From NCBI GenBank assembly GCA_965205015.1, contig OZ242029.1, positions 2,016,001 to 2,080,000 on the forward strand: a DNA stretch of 64,000 nucleotides, in the 5' to 3' direction. The notes below the pieces were generated by a model, which had not been told where the DNA came from, did not search any database, and saw only the letters and a list, made by a program, of their open reading frames with translations. Positions within the stretch are counted from its first letter, which is position 1. Every line of letters starts with the position of its first letter. The position numbers and the translations under genes were made by a program. The stretch comes from Candidatus Poribacteria bacterium. Its GTDB lineage: Bacteria > Poribacteria > WGA-4E > WGA-3G. Shown piece after piece: positions 36,487-46,127 of this stretch.

Positions 36487-37826
36487 TCCAACGAATTGTC
36501 ATGGCTATAGGCGATCGCGGATTTCATGTGTTTCAACGCCGCGTGAATTTCAGGGAGTTCCTCAAATCCGTAAGATATACGGAACTGTCGTTTCCCAGCC
36601 TCAACCATTTCTCCATCGGGGTGGACACAATGTTCCCCCGGAATGTAAATCACTTTCGGATGCTGGAAACCTGGCGGTCCATCGACCGTTTCCTGTCCAG
36701 TTGTTCGCGTCAAAAACTTGAAAAAATCAGAGGTCGTGTCTGTTGTGACACTCGCCAGTGTCAAGTAGTAGTAGAATCCAGCACTCCCACCCCGGCACTC
36801 CTGAACGTTATCACCCAGTAATTCTGCCATCCACGCTTTGACCTGTTTCGCCTTCTGGTGATACCCGTTATTAACCTTTTGGATTTGTGCTGCTATGCCG
36901 TGGTCGAGTAGGTAGCTTGCGATTTCTTGATTGATTAACGGCGCGCTGAAGCCGATGTCGCTTGTACGTTGAATAACACTGTCAAGAAACCGACCTTTCG
37001 GACCGATGAGGTAACCGATGCGTAACCCTGGGGCAAGGATCTTTGACAATGTGCCAATTTCATAGACAATGCCGAGTGTATCGTAGCAGCGCGCGGACGC
37101 CAAGGGTTCGACTGCACTGTCATGCACGAGGTCGCTATAAGCATTATCGAAAAAAATGGGGATTTTGCGTCCGACTTCGTATGAAAGTCGGGTAACAATA
37201 TCAACGAGTTCTCTCTTACGATGATTGGATAGAATTGTACAGGTCGGATTGTTAACCGTTACAACATAAAAAAAGCGGATAGCCTCTTTTTGGTTGCCAA
37301 GCGTCTTTAGTTTCGTCCGCAGACGTTCAGCATTAAGTCCTTCGTCATCCTCAGGTATCGCGATAACGCTGAAACCTTTCCGCCCCAAATCGTTGCAGTA
37401 GATATAATACATCGGATCCGCGGTCAGCACAATACCGGCAGGAAGTAGGTGGGTAATGCTCTCTAACAAACTCGTCGCACCGTTCGCGCCGATAACAATG
37501 TCTCGACCGTTCAAGGTCTCTTCAGTGATCCCGCCAATCCGATTCTCGATGTGAAACCTTCTGAGTGACGCAATCAGGTTCGGCGAACCTTGTGCCCCAC
37601 CGTAATTGAGAGAGGCGCGGTATTTTTGAGGGTGCGCCAGAACCTCTTCACAGGCGTGCTGAATCTGTTGATGCGGAATTGTTCGTTCATTGACATATCC
37701 GACACCGAGGTTGATATCGCGTCCGTCTCGAAAGCCGACAGCGAAATCGGTCATCAGCTGATTAACTGGGGACGGTATACTTGAGGCTTTTCCGTAATCA
37801 GAAAGCGGGACATCGCGGATCTTCAT
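36456..37826 (-). CDS. PLP-dependent aminotransferase class I/II
   Basis: NNPT, DNAY, GTLSKILAPGLRIGY, RISY. Confidence 0.88.
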   Translation of the reverse strand: MKIRDVPLSDYGKASSIPSPVNQLMTDFAVGFRDGRDINLGVGYVNERTIPHQQIQHACEEVLAHPQKYRASLNYGGAQGSPNLIASLRRFHIENRIGGITEETLNGRDIVIGANGATSLLESITHLLPAGIVLTADPMYYIYCNDLGRKGFSVIAIPEDDEGLNAERLRTKLKTLGNQKEAIRFFYVVTVNNPTCTILSNHRKRELVDIVTRLSYEVGRKIPIFFDNAYSDLVHDSAVEPLASARCYDTLGIVYEIGTLSKILAPGLRIGYLIGPKGRFLDSVIQRTSDIGFSAPLINQEIASYLLDHGIAAQIQKVNNGYHQKAKQVKAWMAELLGDNVQECRGGSAGFYYYLTLASVTTDTTSDFFKFLTRTTGQETVDGPPGFQHPKVIYIPGEHCVHPDGEMVEAGKRQFRISYGFEELPEIHAALKHMKSAIAYSHDNSLDYQRTSQNSS

Positions 37827-37848
37827 ATTTCGTTGGGGTGCTGTGCGT

Positions 37849-38757
37849 TTATAGCAGGTCTCTCAAAGCAGATTCAAGCGTCCGATGGCGGAATTCGTAG
37901 CCGCTGACTTCCGTTTTCTCTGGAAGTACGTTCTGGCTCAGCACAACGAAGTCCGCAAATTCGCCCATCATCAACCGCAAGCCGAACGTCGGGACAGGAA
38001 ACAGTGTGGGTCGCCGTAGCACAGTGCCGAGCGTCTTCGTGAATTCCAGATTTCTGACAGGGACGGGTGCCGTCGCGTTCAGAGGACCCCGAATCTCTTC
38101 ATTCTCTAAAGCGTGTATCACGATACCAACGACATCGTCGACATGAATCCAAGACATCCACTGCCGCCCATTGCCGAGTATACCACCGACTCCCATTTTA
38201 AAGGGGGGAAGGACCTGTGTTAACAGCCCGCCTCCTAATCCAAGCACAAGCCCAATGCGAACCATAACTACCCGAATCCCAAACGCCTCCGCTTTTTGTG
38301 CCTCTGTTTCCCATTCTTGACAGACTTCTGCGAGAAAGTCGGTCCCAGCGGGCGACACCTCCGTAAAATGCGCGTCGCCACTATCCCCATAGTATCCGAT
38401 TGCGGAAGCACAGACAAGTACATCCGGTTTTGTTGACTGCTCCGCAAACGACGCAACGAGGTTTCGGGTCGAGAGAATTCGGCTCTCCCGTATCCGCCGT
38501 TTTTTTTCGGCGTTCCATCTACCGGCGATAGTTTCACCCGCCAGATGAACAACCGCTTTCGCATCTGATACGGCTTCTGAAGGGAGCTTTTCGGTTTCAG
38601 GGTTCCAACCATAGACCGCGCTTACGGATTTCAATTGCGTTTGTGCGCGTGTCGGATTACGAGAGAGGACCTGCACGGTATCGCCCTGTTCATGGAGGAC
38701 AGTGCAAACTCGACTGCCAATGAATCCGGTACCACCGGAGACCAATACATTTGCCAT
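37849..38757 (-). CDS. TIGR01777 family NAD-dependent epimerase
   Basis: GGTGFIG, HLAGE, SAIGYYG, WMSWIHVDD. Confidence 0.92.
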   Translation of the reverse strand: MANVLVSGGTGFIGSRVCTVLHEQGDTVQVLSRNPTRAQTQLKSVSAVYGWNPETEKLPSEAVSDAKAVVHLAGETIAGRWNAEKKRRIRESRILSTRNLVASFAEQSTKPDVLVCASAIGYYGDSGDAHFTEVSPAGTDFLAEVCQEWETEAQKAEAFGIRVVMVRIGLVLGLGGGLLTQVLPPFKMGVGGILGNGRQWMSWIHVDDVVGIVIHALENEEIRGPLNATAPVPVRNLEFTKTLGTVLRRPTLFPVPTFGLRLMMGEFADFVVLSQNVLPEKTEVSGYEFRHRTLESALRDLL

Positions 38758-38776
38758 TTTTTCTTCCTTACGTTCC

Positions 38777-39505
38777 CTATTTTGACAGTTCAGTAATGGT
38801 GGTTTCTAACTTCCGATAGTCGTCGACAACAGCATCACTCAGCGTGTCGTCTCCTTCCCCTTTATTGAAGCCTGCGAAACGAATCGCTTTCATCCCGGCG
38901 TTTTTTGCCCCGACAATGTCCGTTCGGAAAATATCGCCGACGTGCACCGCTGCCGCGGGTTCAGCGTTCAGTTGTGCTAAAGTTGAATGGAATTGCACCA
39001 CTTGAGGTTTTGTATAATCCGTTTCGTCGGAGAATGTGAAAGCTGTAAAGTATTGCAAAATGCCGTCACGTGCCATCAGTTTTCGCGCAAAGCTGCCGGG
39101 CGTTAGTGCCGAGTCTGATATAATTCCAAGGGGATAACTTTCACTCAACCGAGAAATGACCGGTTTAACATGTGGCATCATAATCGGCGGTGCTTCCAAG
39201 AAAGCTGCACCAAGGCACGCAATTAACTGGTCAAAGTCTTCCGCCTCAAGCTGCAGGTGAAGCACCTCGGCGAACCGATGCATACACCGTTTCACGGAGA
39301 TCCCTTTATGTTGATGCCATAGAGACGCTACCAAATTGTATGCCTCTTCAAGTCCGAATTCCACGTCCTCCAATGTGCAAGTATAGTCGCGGCTGCCAAG
39401 ATACGTATGACAGTGCGCAACGCGTATCGCCTGACGCTTTCGCCAGTTGCTATCGGAATCTGCATAAAGGGTTTGCCAAAAATCAAATGTAATCGCTTTA
39501 AACAT
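38777..39505 (-). CDS. HAD family hydrolase
   Basis: FDFWQTL, ISD, KP, HVGDIFRTDIVGA. Confidence 0.9.
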   Translation of the reverse strand: MFKAITFDFWQTLYADSDSNWRKRQAIRVAHCHTYLGSRDYTCTLEDVEFGLEEAYNLVASLWHQHKGISVKRCMHRFAEVLHLQLEAEDFDQLIACLGAAFLEAPPIMMPHVKPVISRLSESYPLGIISDSALTPGSFARKLMARDGILQYFTAFTFSDETDYTKPQVVQFHSTLAQLNAEPAAAVHVGDIFRTDIVGAKNAGMKAIRFAGFNKGEGDDTLSDAVVDDYRKLETTITELSK

Positions 39506-39567
39506 CAAGTGTTTCCATTTCTAAGGTGCGTTTCCATCTCAGGGGAGAAGGGACGCATATTATTACA

Positions 39568-39652
39568 ACTTACGCAATTTCTATGGAAGACCTACGGCCC
39601 ACACGCCGCTGGCGAGGTTTCAAACCTCGCCAGCAAAGGATGCTGCGTAAGT
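39568..39652. mobile_element. Small MITE/REP-like element with terminal inverted repeats and internal palindrome
   Basis: acttacgca (39568-39576) / tgcgtaagt (39644-39652); gctggcgaggttt-c-aaacctcgccagc (39608-39634). Confidence 0.6.
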
Positions 39653-39896
39653 CCTGATTATAAAACATAATTCCATTTTATCCGATTTGGATGAAAAAAT
39701 CAAGTGAGATGTGGTTTTATTCAGGGCTATTTCGTTTTCGTTTTTCTGTAAGTTTCGCTTTCTCCAGAAAAAACAGATCTGCCAGGAAAATCAGCACAAA
39801 ACGCGCTTGAATCAAAATAGACTTGCAATTTCCTTTTAAAAGTGATACCATAATTATATGTAGGCAATCAATAGGCAAACAGATTGCGTCCGATGT

Positions 39897-41405
39897 GTGC
39901 GGAGGAATACGAAGTTGCGGTTGAATCGTCGAATTATCCCTGGGTATACGACCACCCGTTTAATACTCGTTTACTTCATTGTCGGGTTGGGCACACTAAT
40001 ATTTGGGTTCTTTCATTATACCCAACAGATTTCTCGGCTGAATGCGGATATAGAAGCCCAAATAGACCTTTTCGCGGATCTCGCAGCGGAACTCCCCGGC
40101 GTGGAGAACCGAGGGTTGCAACAAAAGTTAGTTACGATCGTCGGAAAATCATTCGCTGAAGACAGATCACGTACATTCTCGTTCATCATCACGGATGCAC
40201 AGGAGAACGTTTTAATTACGCGAGGCGTTGACCAACAATTAGACGCGAAAATTGACAGTTTGGATATCAAAGTCAACGAAAATGAAGATCTCTCGTTAAC
40301 ACAAAATGAGCGTGCTTTGTTAGAGTCAACATTAGCACGCATGAAAAAAAAACATCTACCTCGTGAAATACACATGCTCCTTGAAGACAGGCAGTTAAAG
40401 GGGTATATTTACTATGGAGATGCCGCACCCAGTGAAATGGCAGATATGCCTTTTGTGATGACCGATACCACTGGCACACCGCAGAAATGGCAGATATGGG
40501 GCGATATTATTACTGCGGATCAGGCAACTGCGGAGGAACAGGAACGAGCGAAAATTTTCATTCAGAACGCACCCGCATCCTCTGCGATTGAAACAATACC
40601 CGAATGGCACAAAGGCTACTTCTATTATGAAAGTAAGCCATACTATGGATTAGTCGTGCCTCTCATAGCACCGGGGGTCCTCTTCGCATTTGGGACTGTC
40701 TGTTTCCTCGTCTATCAACGGATAAAGTCTTATGAACACTCGGCAATTTGGGGAGGCTTAGCCAAAGAGACCGCGCATCAACTCGGAACACCTATCTCGT
40801 CGCTCTTGGCGTGGACAGAACTGCTCCATGAACGTGGTAAAGAGAATGATGATCCAGCACTTGCTGAACTCTCCGAAAGTATGAGGAACGATCTGGAGCG
40901 TTTGCAGAAAACAACCGCTCGCTTCGGTATGATTGGCACGCAGCCCCCACTGACCGAAGTGAATATGAATGAAGTCTTTGAAGAAGTTCGAGCATATTTT
41001 GAAAAACGGCTACCGCATATCAGTCGACGCGTTGAAATTCGATTGAAATTGCAGGAAACACCGCCTATACTCGCAAACGCCCAATTACTGCACTGGGTGT
41101 TTGAAAACTTAATTCGTAATTCGTTGGATGCAATGGACAAAACGGATGGATGGATCCAGATTGAACCAACGTATGACAAACGACACGGCGATGTTGTTAT
41201 CCAATATGCGGACAATGGAAGCGGGATCGCCCGCGAAAATCAGCGAAAGATCTTTGAACCCGGGGTGTCTACCAAGGCACACGGATGGGGACTCGGGCTA
41301 ACAGTCGTACAACGGATCATCCGTGAGTACCATCACGGAAGTATCCGCATGATTAAAACGAGTCCTAACGGGACAACTTTTGAAATTCGGCTGCCAGTTG
41401 CATAA
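39897..41405 (+). CDS. Membrane sensor histidine kinase
   Basis: Two TM helices; AKETAHQLGTP H-box, ENLIRNSLDA, DNGSG, GWGLGL. Confidence 0.93.
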   Translation: MRRNTKLRLNRRIIPGYTTTRLILVYFIVGLGTLIFGFFHYTQQISRLNADIEAQIDLFADLAAELPGVENRGLQQKLVTIVGKSFAEDRSRTFSFIITDAQENVLITRGVDQQLDAKIDSLDIKVNENEDLSLTQNERALLESTLARMKKKHLPREIHMLLEDRQLKGYIYYGDAAPSEMADMPFVMTDTTGTPQKWQIWGDIITADQATAEEQERAKIFIQNAPASSAIETIPEWHKGYFYYESKPYYGLVVPLIAPGVLFAFGTVCFLVYQRIKSYEHSAIWGGLAKETAHQLGTPISSLLAWTELLHERGKENDDPALAELSESMRNDLERLQKTTARFGMIGTQPPLTEVNMNEVFEEVRAYFEKRLPHISRRVEIRLKLQETPPILANAQLLHWVFENLIRNSLDAMDKTDGWIQIEPTYDKRHGDVVIQYADNGSGIARENQRKIFEPGVSTKAHGWGLGLTVVQRIIREYHHGSIRMIKTSPNGTTFEIRLPVA

Positions 41406-41526
41406 CCCGTCTTAACGGACGATGTGGAATTACCTGTGGGGTTTTCCTACGTCCGCTGAAGTGAAAACTTTCACTCCCGTTAATTGGACGCTATACGGCA
41501 CCTGAGCAGATTTTGAAAACTTACGT

Positions 41527-43095
41527 ATGTCACAAACACACCACATCTTATGGATTGATGATGAAATAGAAGCGTTGCAACCGCATATTCTTGTGCTACG
41601 CGACCGAGGTTACGCGGTCACGCCCGTGACAAATGGTGAAGACGGCATAGCACTTTTAACGCGCGGTGATACGCAGTACAGTGCTATCCTACTTGACCAG
41701 GTGATGCCCGGTAAAGATGGAATGGCAACGCTTGATGCAATCCGCGCCATCAATACACAAATCCCAGTTATCCTCGTCACCCAATCCAGCGATGAACAAT
41801 TTGTTGAGGTCGCTCTCGGTAAGCAGGTAACCGATTTCTTGGTGAAACCGATCGGTGTAGCCCAGATCGTCTCAACGCTGAAGCGCGTCCTCGATCAGCC
41901 CCAGATCGTTGTAGATCAGATTCCGAGTCGGTATACAACCGATTTCAACACGATTCGCGCGATGAAGGACTCGTCACCGAGTTGGCAGGACTGGGTCAAT
42001 ATCTATGTGAAGTTATTGCAATGGGATATGGTGTCTGAAAAGTTAGCCGAGGGTGGGTTAGAGGAAACGCATCTCGCACAGAAAAAAGAGTGCAATACCG
42101 AATTCTCTGACTTTGTCGCAACACATTATCCTGATTGGGTCGCAGGGAGTTCAGACGCACCCCCTTTATCGGTCAACGTTCTGGATCGGCATGTTATCCC
42201 TCAACTTCAAGATGGAAAATCTGTTTATTTTATTGTGGTTGACTGCTTCCGATTAGACCATTGGTTGGCAGTCGAATCCCTCTTGTACCCTTATTTCTCT
42301 ATCGAACGTCAATATAGTTTTTCAATCCTACCGAGTGCGACGATGTACGCGCGAAATGCCCTCTTCAGCGGCTTGTTCCCCATAGAGATTGCTGAACGCT
42401 TTCCACAATACTGGCAGGAAGAATCTGATGGGGACACAAGTACAAATCGCTACGAACGCCAGCTCCTTGAAGCGCATCTGAAGCGCAGAGGTGTCAAACT
42501 GAAACCCGGAATCCAGTACTTCAAGATTTTTGACACCCGAGGTGGCAACACCTACAAAAAACGGGTCGCCGCGAACACGCGTGTGAGTCTCTCAGCACTG
42601 GTCATTAATTTCATTGACATCTTGACCCATCAGCGCTCACAATCTGATGTCCTACAGCAGCTTGCCCCTGATGAATCCGCCTTTCGGGCTTTGGCGCGCT
42701 CATGGTTCTCGCATTCGGTACTTTTCGATATTTTACGTATTATTGCGGCACAAAACGCAACTGTAGTCCTCACCAGTGATCACGGTTCTGTCTTCTGTAA
42801 CCGAGCAACCCGCGCTTACGGTAATCGTGAGACAACGACCAGCCTTCGATTTAAAATCGGCTCTAATTTAGGATGCGAAAAAGGCGAGGCTGTGTATCTC
42901 CGAAATCCAAAGGATTACCGGCTACCGGCGGAGAATGCCAGCAAGGACTACATTCTCGCAAAAGACGATTATTATTTCGTCTATCCGAACGATTTTTATA
43001 AGTATAAACGGCAGTTTCAAGGAGGGTTCCAGCACGGCGGTATCTCGATGGGTGAACTCATAACGCCCGTCGTAACGTTAACGCCGCGGCTGTAA
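41527..43095 (+). CDS. porX: PorX-like response regulator (REC + PglZ alkaline-phosphatase-fold domain)
   Basis: ILWIDDE, LDQVMPG, KP; VDCFRLD, SILPSATMYARN, NFIDILTH, TSDHG, FQHGGIS. Confidence 0.85.
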   Translation: MSQTHHILWIDDEIEALQPHILVLRDRGYAVTPVTNGEDGIALLTRGDTQYSAILLDQVMPGKDGMATLDAIRAINTQIPVILVTQSSDEQFVEVALGKQVTDFLVKPIGVAQIVSTLKRVLDQPQIVVDQIPSRYTTDFNTIRAMKDSSPSWQDWVNIYVKLLQWDMVSEKLAEGGLEETHLAQKKECNTEFSDFVATHYPDWVAGSSDAPPLSVNVLDRHVIPQLQDGKSVYFIVVDCFRLDHWLAVESLLYPYFSIERQYSFSILPSATMYARNALFSGLFPIEIAERFPQYWQEESDGDTSTNRYERQLLEAHLKRRGVKLKPGIQYFKIFDTRGGNTYKKRVAANTRVSLSALVINFIDILTHQRSQSDVLQQLAPDESAFRALARSWFSHSVLFDILRIIAAQNATVVLTSDHGSVFCNRATRAYGNRETTTSLRFKIGSNLGCEKGEAVYLRNPKDYRLPAENASKDYILAKDDYYFVYPNDFYKYKRQFQGGFQHGGISMGELITPVVTLTPRL

Positions 43096-43202
43096 AGCGC
43101 AGCTTGAAAGCCCAGATGAATATGCTATAGAAACCAACATAAGGAGGGGGAAACCTTTCTCCCCTACCTAAAGATAGGGGGCTCAGGTTTCCCGAACATT
43201 TA

Positions 43203-44783
43203 ATGGAAAAGGAGATACTTATTTCTGATGATGAGTATGAAACGCGCTGTGCAGTACTTGAAGGGGGGATGCTGAATGAAATTTACATTGAACGGAAAGC
43301 AGCGACGCAAACATTGGGGAATCTCTACAAAGGACGCGTTGAGAACGTACTACCTGGAATGCAGGTAGCATTCGTTGACATCGGATTGGAGCGCCACGCT
43401 TTTCTACATATTTCTGATCTCAAATATGAGCATGCTGACGAAGATGAGGACGAAAATGGGAAACACAATGGAGACCGGAAATCCAGCAAAAACACCGCTG
43501 TATTGGACCTGAAGGGAAAACAGTCCAAACAGACACGCGGTGGACGCGGCTTCCCGTTTCTCATAAGTGACCTGATTTCAAAAAAACAGGAACTCCTCGT
43601 TCAAGTCGGCAAGGAACCTATCGGAACAAAAGGGGCACGGGTTACCAGTAACATCACACTCCCGGGACGTTATGTCGTCTACATGCCCAATTCCTCGAAT
43701 ATCGGCGTATCACGACGCATTGAGTCTGCATCTGAAAGAGACAGGCTCCGGAACATGGCAAAGGCAGTGAAAGCCGATGTTGAAGGCGGATTTATCATCC
43801 GTACTGCCGCTGAAGGTTTGAACGAAACCGAATTCGCAGCCGAAATCCGATACCTTATCGATCAGTGGAGACAGATATGCACCCGCGCAGACAAAAAATC
43901 CGCACCGAGTCTCGTCAGCAAAGACCTCAGTTTTACCAACAGGATCGTCCGGGATATGCTCACGAAGGAGGTCAAGCAACTCCTTATCGATTCAGACGCA
44001 GGATACCAGGAGACGATGGACTACGTTTCCTCTGTCATGCCGAATCTGAAAGCTCGCGTCTCGCTCTATCGGGAGGATCCAACACTCTTTGAGGCTTACG
44101 GTGTTGAACGCGCACTCAAGGAGGCACTCAGTGAGAAAATTTGGCTCAAGTGTGGAGGACATATTATCATCCAACAGACTGAAGCCATGGTCTCGATTGA
44201 TGTCAACACGGGGCGATTCGTTGGAAAGTCTGACCCAGATAACACAATTCTGAGTGCGAACCTGGAGGCTGTTGAGGAGGTCGTCCGCCAAATTCAATTG
44301 CGGGATTTGGGGGGAATTATCGTTGTTGATTTTATTGATATGGAAGAGGCTGCGCACCGAAAACGGGTCTTTAAAATGCTACAGGAAGCGCTCCGAAAGG
44401 ACCGGGCCCGCACAAACATCCTTCATTTCTCAGATTTAGGACTTGTTGAGATGACACGCCAGCGCACCCGTCCAAGCCTCTCTACCTTACTCATGGAGGA
44501 GTGTCCCTACTGCGATGGACATGGCACGATCCTGTCCGTTGAGACGGTCGTCATTCAGTTGCTACGTGCGATAAAGATGGCGCATAAACAAACGCAGCAG
44601 TCCCAACTACGGGTTATCGCCAATGACTATGTCGTCTCGCATATAAAATCGAAGATGTCGAATAAATTGCGAGAACTCAAGAAGTCATTGAAGTTAGAGC
44701 TCATTCTGGAACCTGATGCCGACTTGCACCTCGAGGATTATCGGATCTTCGTCGGAAAAGGTGAAGAATTGTTTCTCGACTAA
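43203..44783 (+). CDS. rng: Rne/Rng family ribonuclease (RNase G-sized)
   Basis: S1 domain (VLPGMQVAFVDIG), IDVNTG, LGGIIVVDFIDM, CPYC. Confidence 0.92.
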   Translation: MEKEILISDDEYETRCAVLEGGMLNEIYIERKAATQTLGNLYKGRVENVLPGMQVAFVDIGLERHAFLHISDLKYEHADEDEDENGKHNGDRKSSKNTAVLDLKGKQSKQTRGGRGFPFLISDLISKKQELLVQVGKEPIGTKGARVTSNITLPGRYVVYMPNSSNIGVSRRIESASERDRLRNMAKAVKADVEGGFIIRTAAEGLNETEFAAEIRYLIDQWRQICTRADKKSAPSLVSKDLSFTNRIVRDMLTKEVKQLLIDSDAGYQETMDYVSSVMPNLKARVSLYREDPTLFEAYGVERALKEALSEKIWLKCGGHIIIQQTEAMVSIDVNTGRFVGKSDPDNTILSANLEAVEEVVRQIQLRDLGGIIVVDFIDMEEAAHRKRVFKMLQEALRKDRARTNILHFSDLGLVEMTRQRTRPSLSTLLMEECPYCDGHGTILSVETVVIQLLRAIKMAHKQTQQSQLRVIANDYVVSHIKSKMSNKLRELKKSLKLELILEPDADLHLEDYRIFVGKGEELFLD

Positions 44784-44806
44784 CACAGACGAATTGCAAA
44801 TCTGAA

Positions 44807-44835
44807 TTGACATTGACGCGTTTTTAGGGTATAAT
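44807..44835 (+). promoter_or_regulatory. Consensus sigma70 promoter of rplU-rpmA
   Basis: TTGACA-17 nt-TATAAT. Confidence 0.85.
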
Positions 44836-44862
44836 TTAATCAGAAAGGAGTGATATTTAAAA

Positions 44863-45201
44863 ATGTATGCAGTCTTTGCGAGCGGAGGGAAACAGCATCG
44901 GGTGGAAGTCGGAAGCCTTATTGATGTTGAAAAACTCGATGCAGCGGTCGGTGACAGCGTCACGTTCTCATCCGTTCTGGCTCTCGCTGACGATGCAGGT
45001 CAGTTACAAGCCGGCTCACCCTATCTTGACAATACTTCAGTTACAGCCGAAGTGATGCAACAGGCACGCGGGAAAAAGATGGTGGTCTTCAAATCGAAAC
45101 GCCGTAAAGGTTACAAACGCAAGTTAGGGCATCGTCAATCATTTACACGCGTGAAAATTACCGCCATTGGCGCGGTGGAGGAACAATCTGATGGCTCATA
45201 A
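44863..45201 (+). CDS. rplU: 50S ribosomal protein L21
   Basis: [12 protein letters not shown]...[14 protein letters not shown]. Confidence 0.98.
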   Translation: MYAVFASGGKQHRVEVGSLIDVEKLDAAVGDSVTFSSVLALADDAGQLQAGSPYLDNTSVTAEVMQQARGKKMVVFKSKRRKGYKRKLGHRQSFTRVKITAIGAVEEQSDGS

Positions 45202-45457
45202 AAAAGGCGGCGGCAGCACCCGAAATGGACGCGACAGTATCGGAAAACGACTCGGTGTCAAAAGATTTTCTGGAAGTTATGTCACCGCAGGGAGCATTCT
45301 CACCCGACAGCGTGGAACACACATTCACGCCGGAAACAACGTCGGAGTCGGGAGGGACTATACACTCTTCTCAAAAATTGATGGATATGTATGGTTTGAG
45401 AGAAAAGACAAATATCGCCGGAAGGTGAGTGTCTATACAGAGCGTCCTGAATTTTAG
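45191..45457 (+). CDS. rpmA: 50S ribosomal protein L27
   Basis: [27 protein letters not shown]. Confidence 0.98.
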   Translation: MAHKKGGGSTRNGRDSIGKRLGVKRFSGSYVTAGSILTRQRGTHIHAGNNVGVGRDYTLFSKIDGYVWFERKDKYRRKVSVYTERPEF

Positions 45458-45489
45458 CGGGTTTACCCGCCTCAGGAATCAACGACCAG

Positions 45490-45542
45490 AAGCCTCGCCT
45501 TAGGGTGTTGCAGCCCGCACCACCCCAAGCGAGGCTTTTTTA
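45490..45542 (+). terminator. Rho-independent terminator after rpmA
   Basis: aagcctcgc...gcgaggctt long hairpin followed by T-run. Confidence 0.7.
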
Positions 45543-45626
45543 CTCCAAACTACCCATAAGTTCGGACGCATTGTAGGGGGAGGTCTTGTGCCTGCCTAAC
45601 TCGAAACCGATGGGAAAATTAAAAAA

Positions 45627-46031
45627 ATGAAATGGACAGTCTGGTTCATAACGCTGACAGTAATGTTGGGGTGTGGCGGACAATTACAGCAACTCGCCGT
45701 CGAAACGATGGAGAACGCTCAGGTAGCACTCTCCTCTGCCAACGCGATGGGGGCACAGGAGACTGCCGATACCCCGTTACGCACCGCTCAAGAGATGCTT
45801 GTCACGGCTGAAAACGCTATGAATGCTGGTGATGTAGAGCAGGCGTATCGACTTGCACTCCGCGCGTATCTTCACGCGCGAATCGCAACCGAGACGGCTA
45901 TCGCGATTCGCGAGGAAGCAAACGCGCAAGAGGTCCAAGCGCAACTCGCGCTCACTGAGCAGAACGTTGACGAAGTGCGCCAAAGGCTTGAGGCTATGAG
46001 GGCTGAACTTGAAACGTTAAAGAAATTCTAA
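45627..46031 (+). CDS. DUF4398-like helical lipoprotein
   Basis: Lipobox MLGC; Ala-rich helices A.RLA.RA...A..A. Confidence 0.75.
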   Translation: MKWTVWFITLTVMLGCGGQLQQLAVETMENAQVALSSANAMGAQETADTPLRTAQEMLVTAENAMNAGDVEQAYRLALRAYLHARIATETAIAIREEANAQEVQAQLALTEQNVDEVRQRLEAMRAELETLKKF

Positions 46032-46127
46032 GCAAATCAAATGCCATAACCGCAGAATGACTGACGTAACCCCGACTTCATTCTGTTTGTGGGAAGGGTT
46101 TGTAACCCCGAATTACGAGGGAAACCG

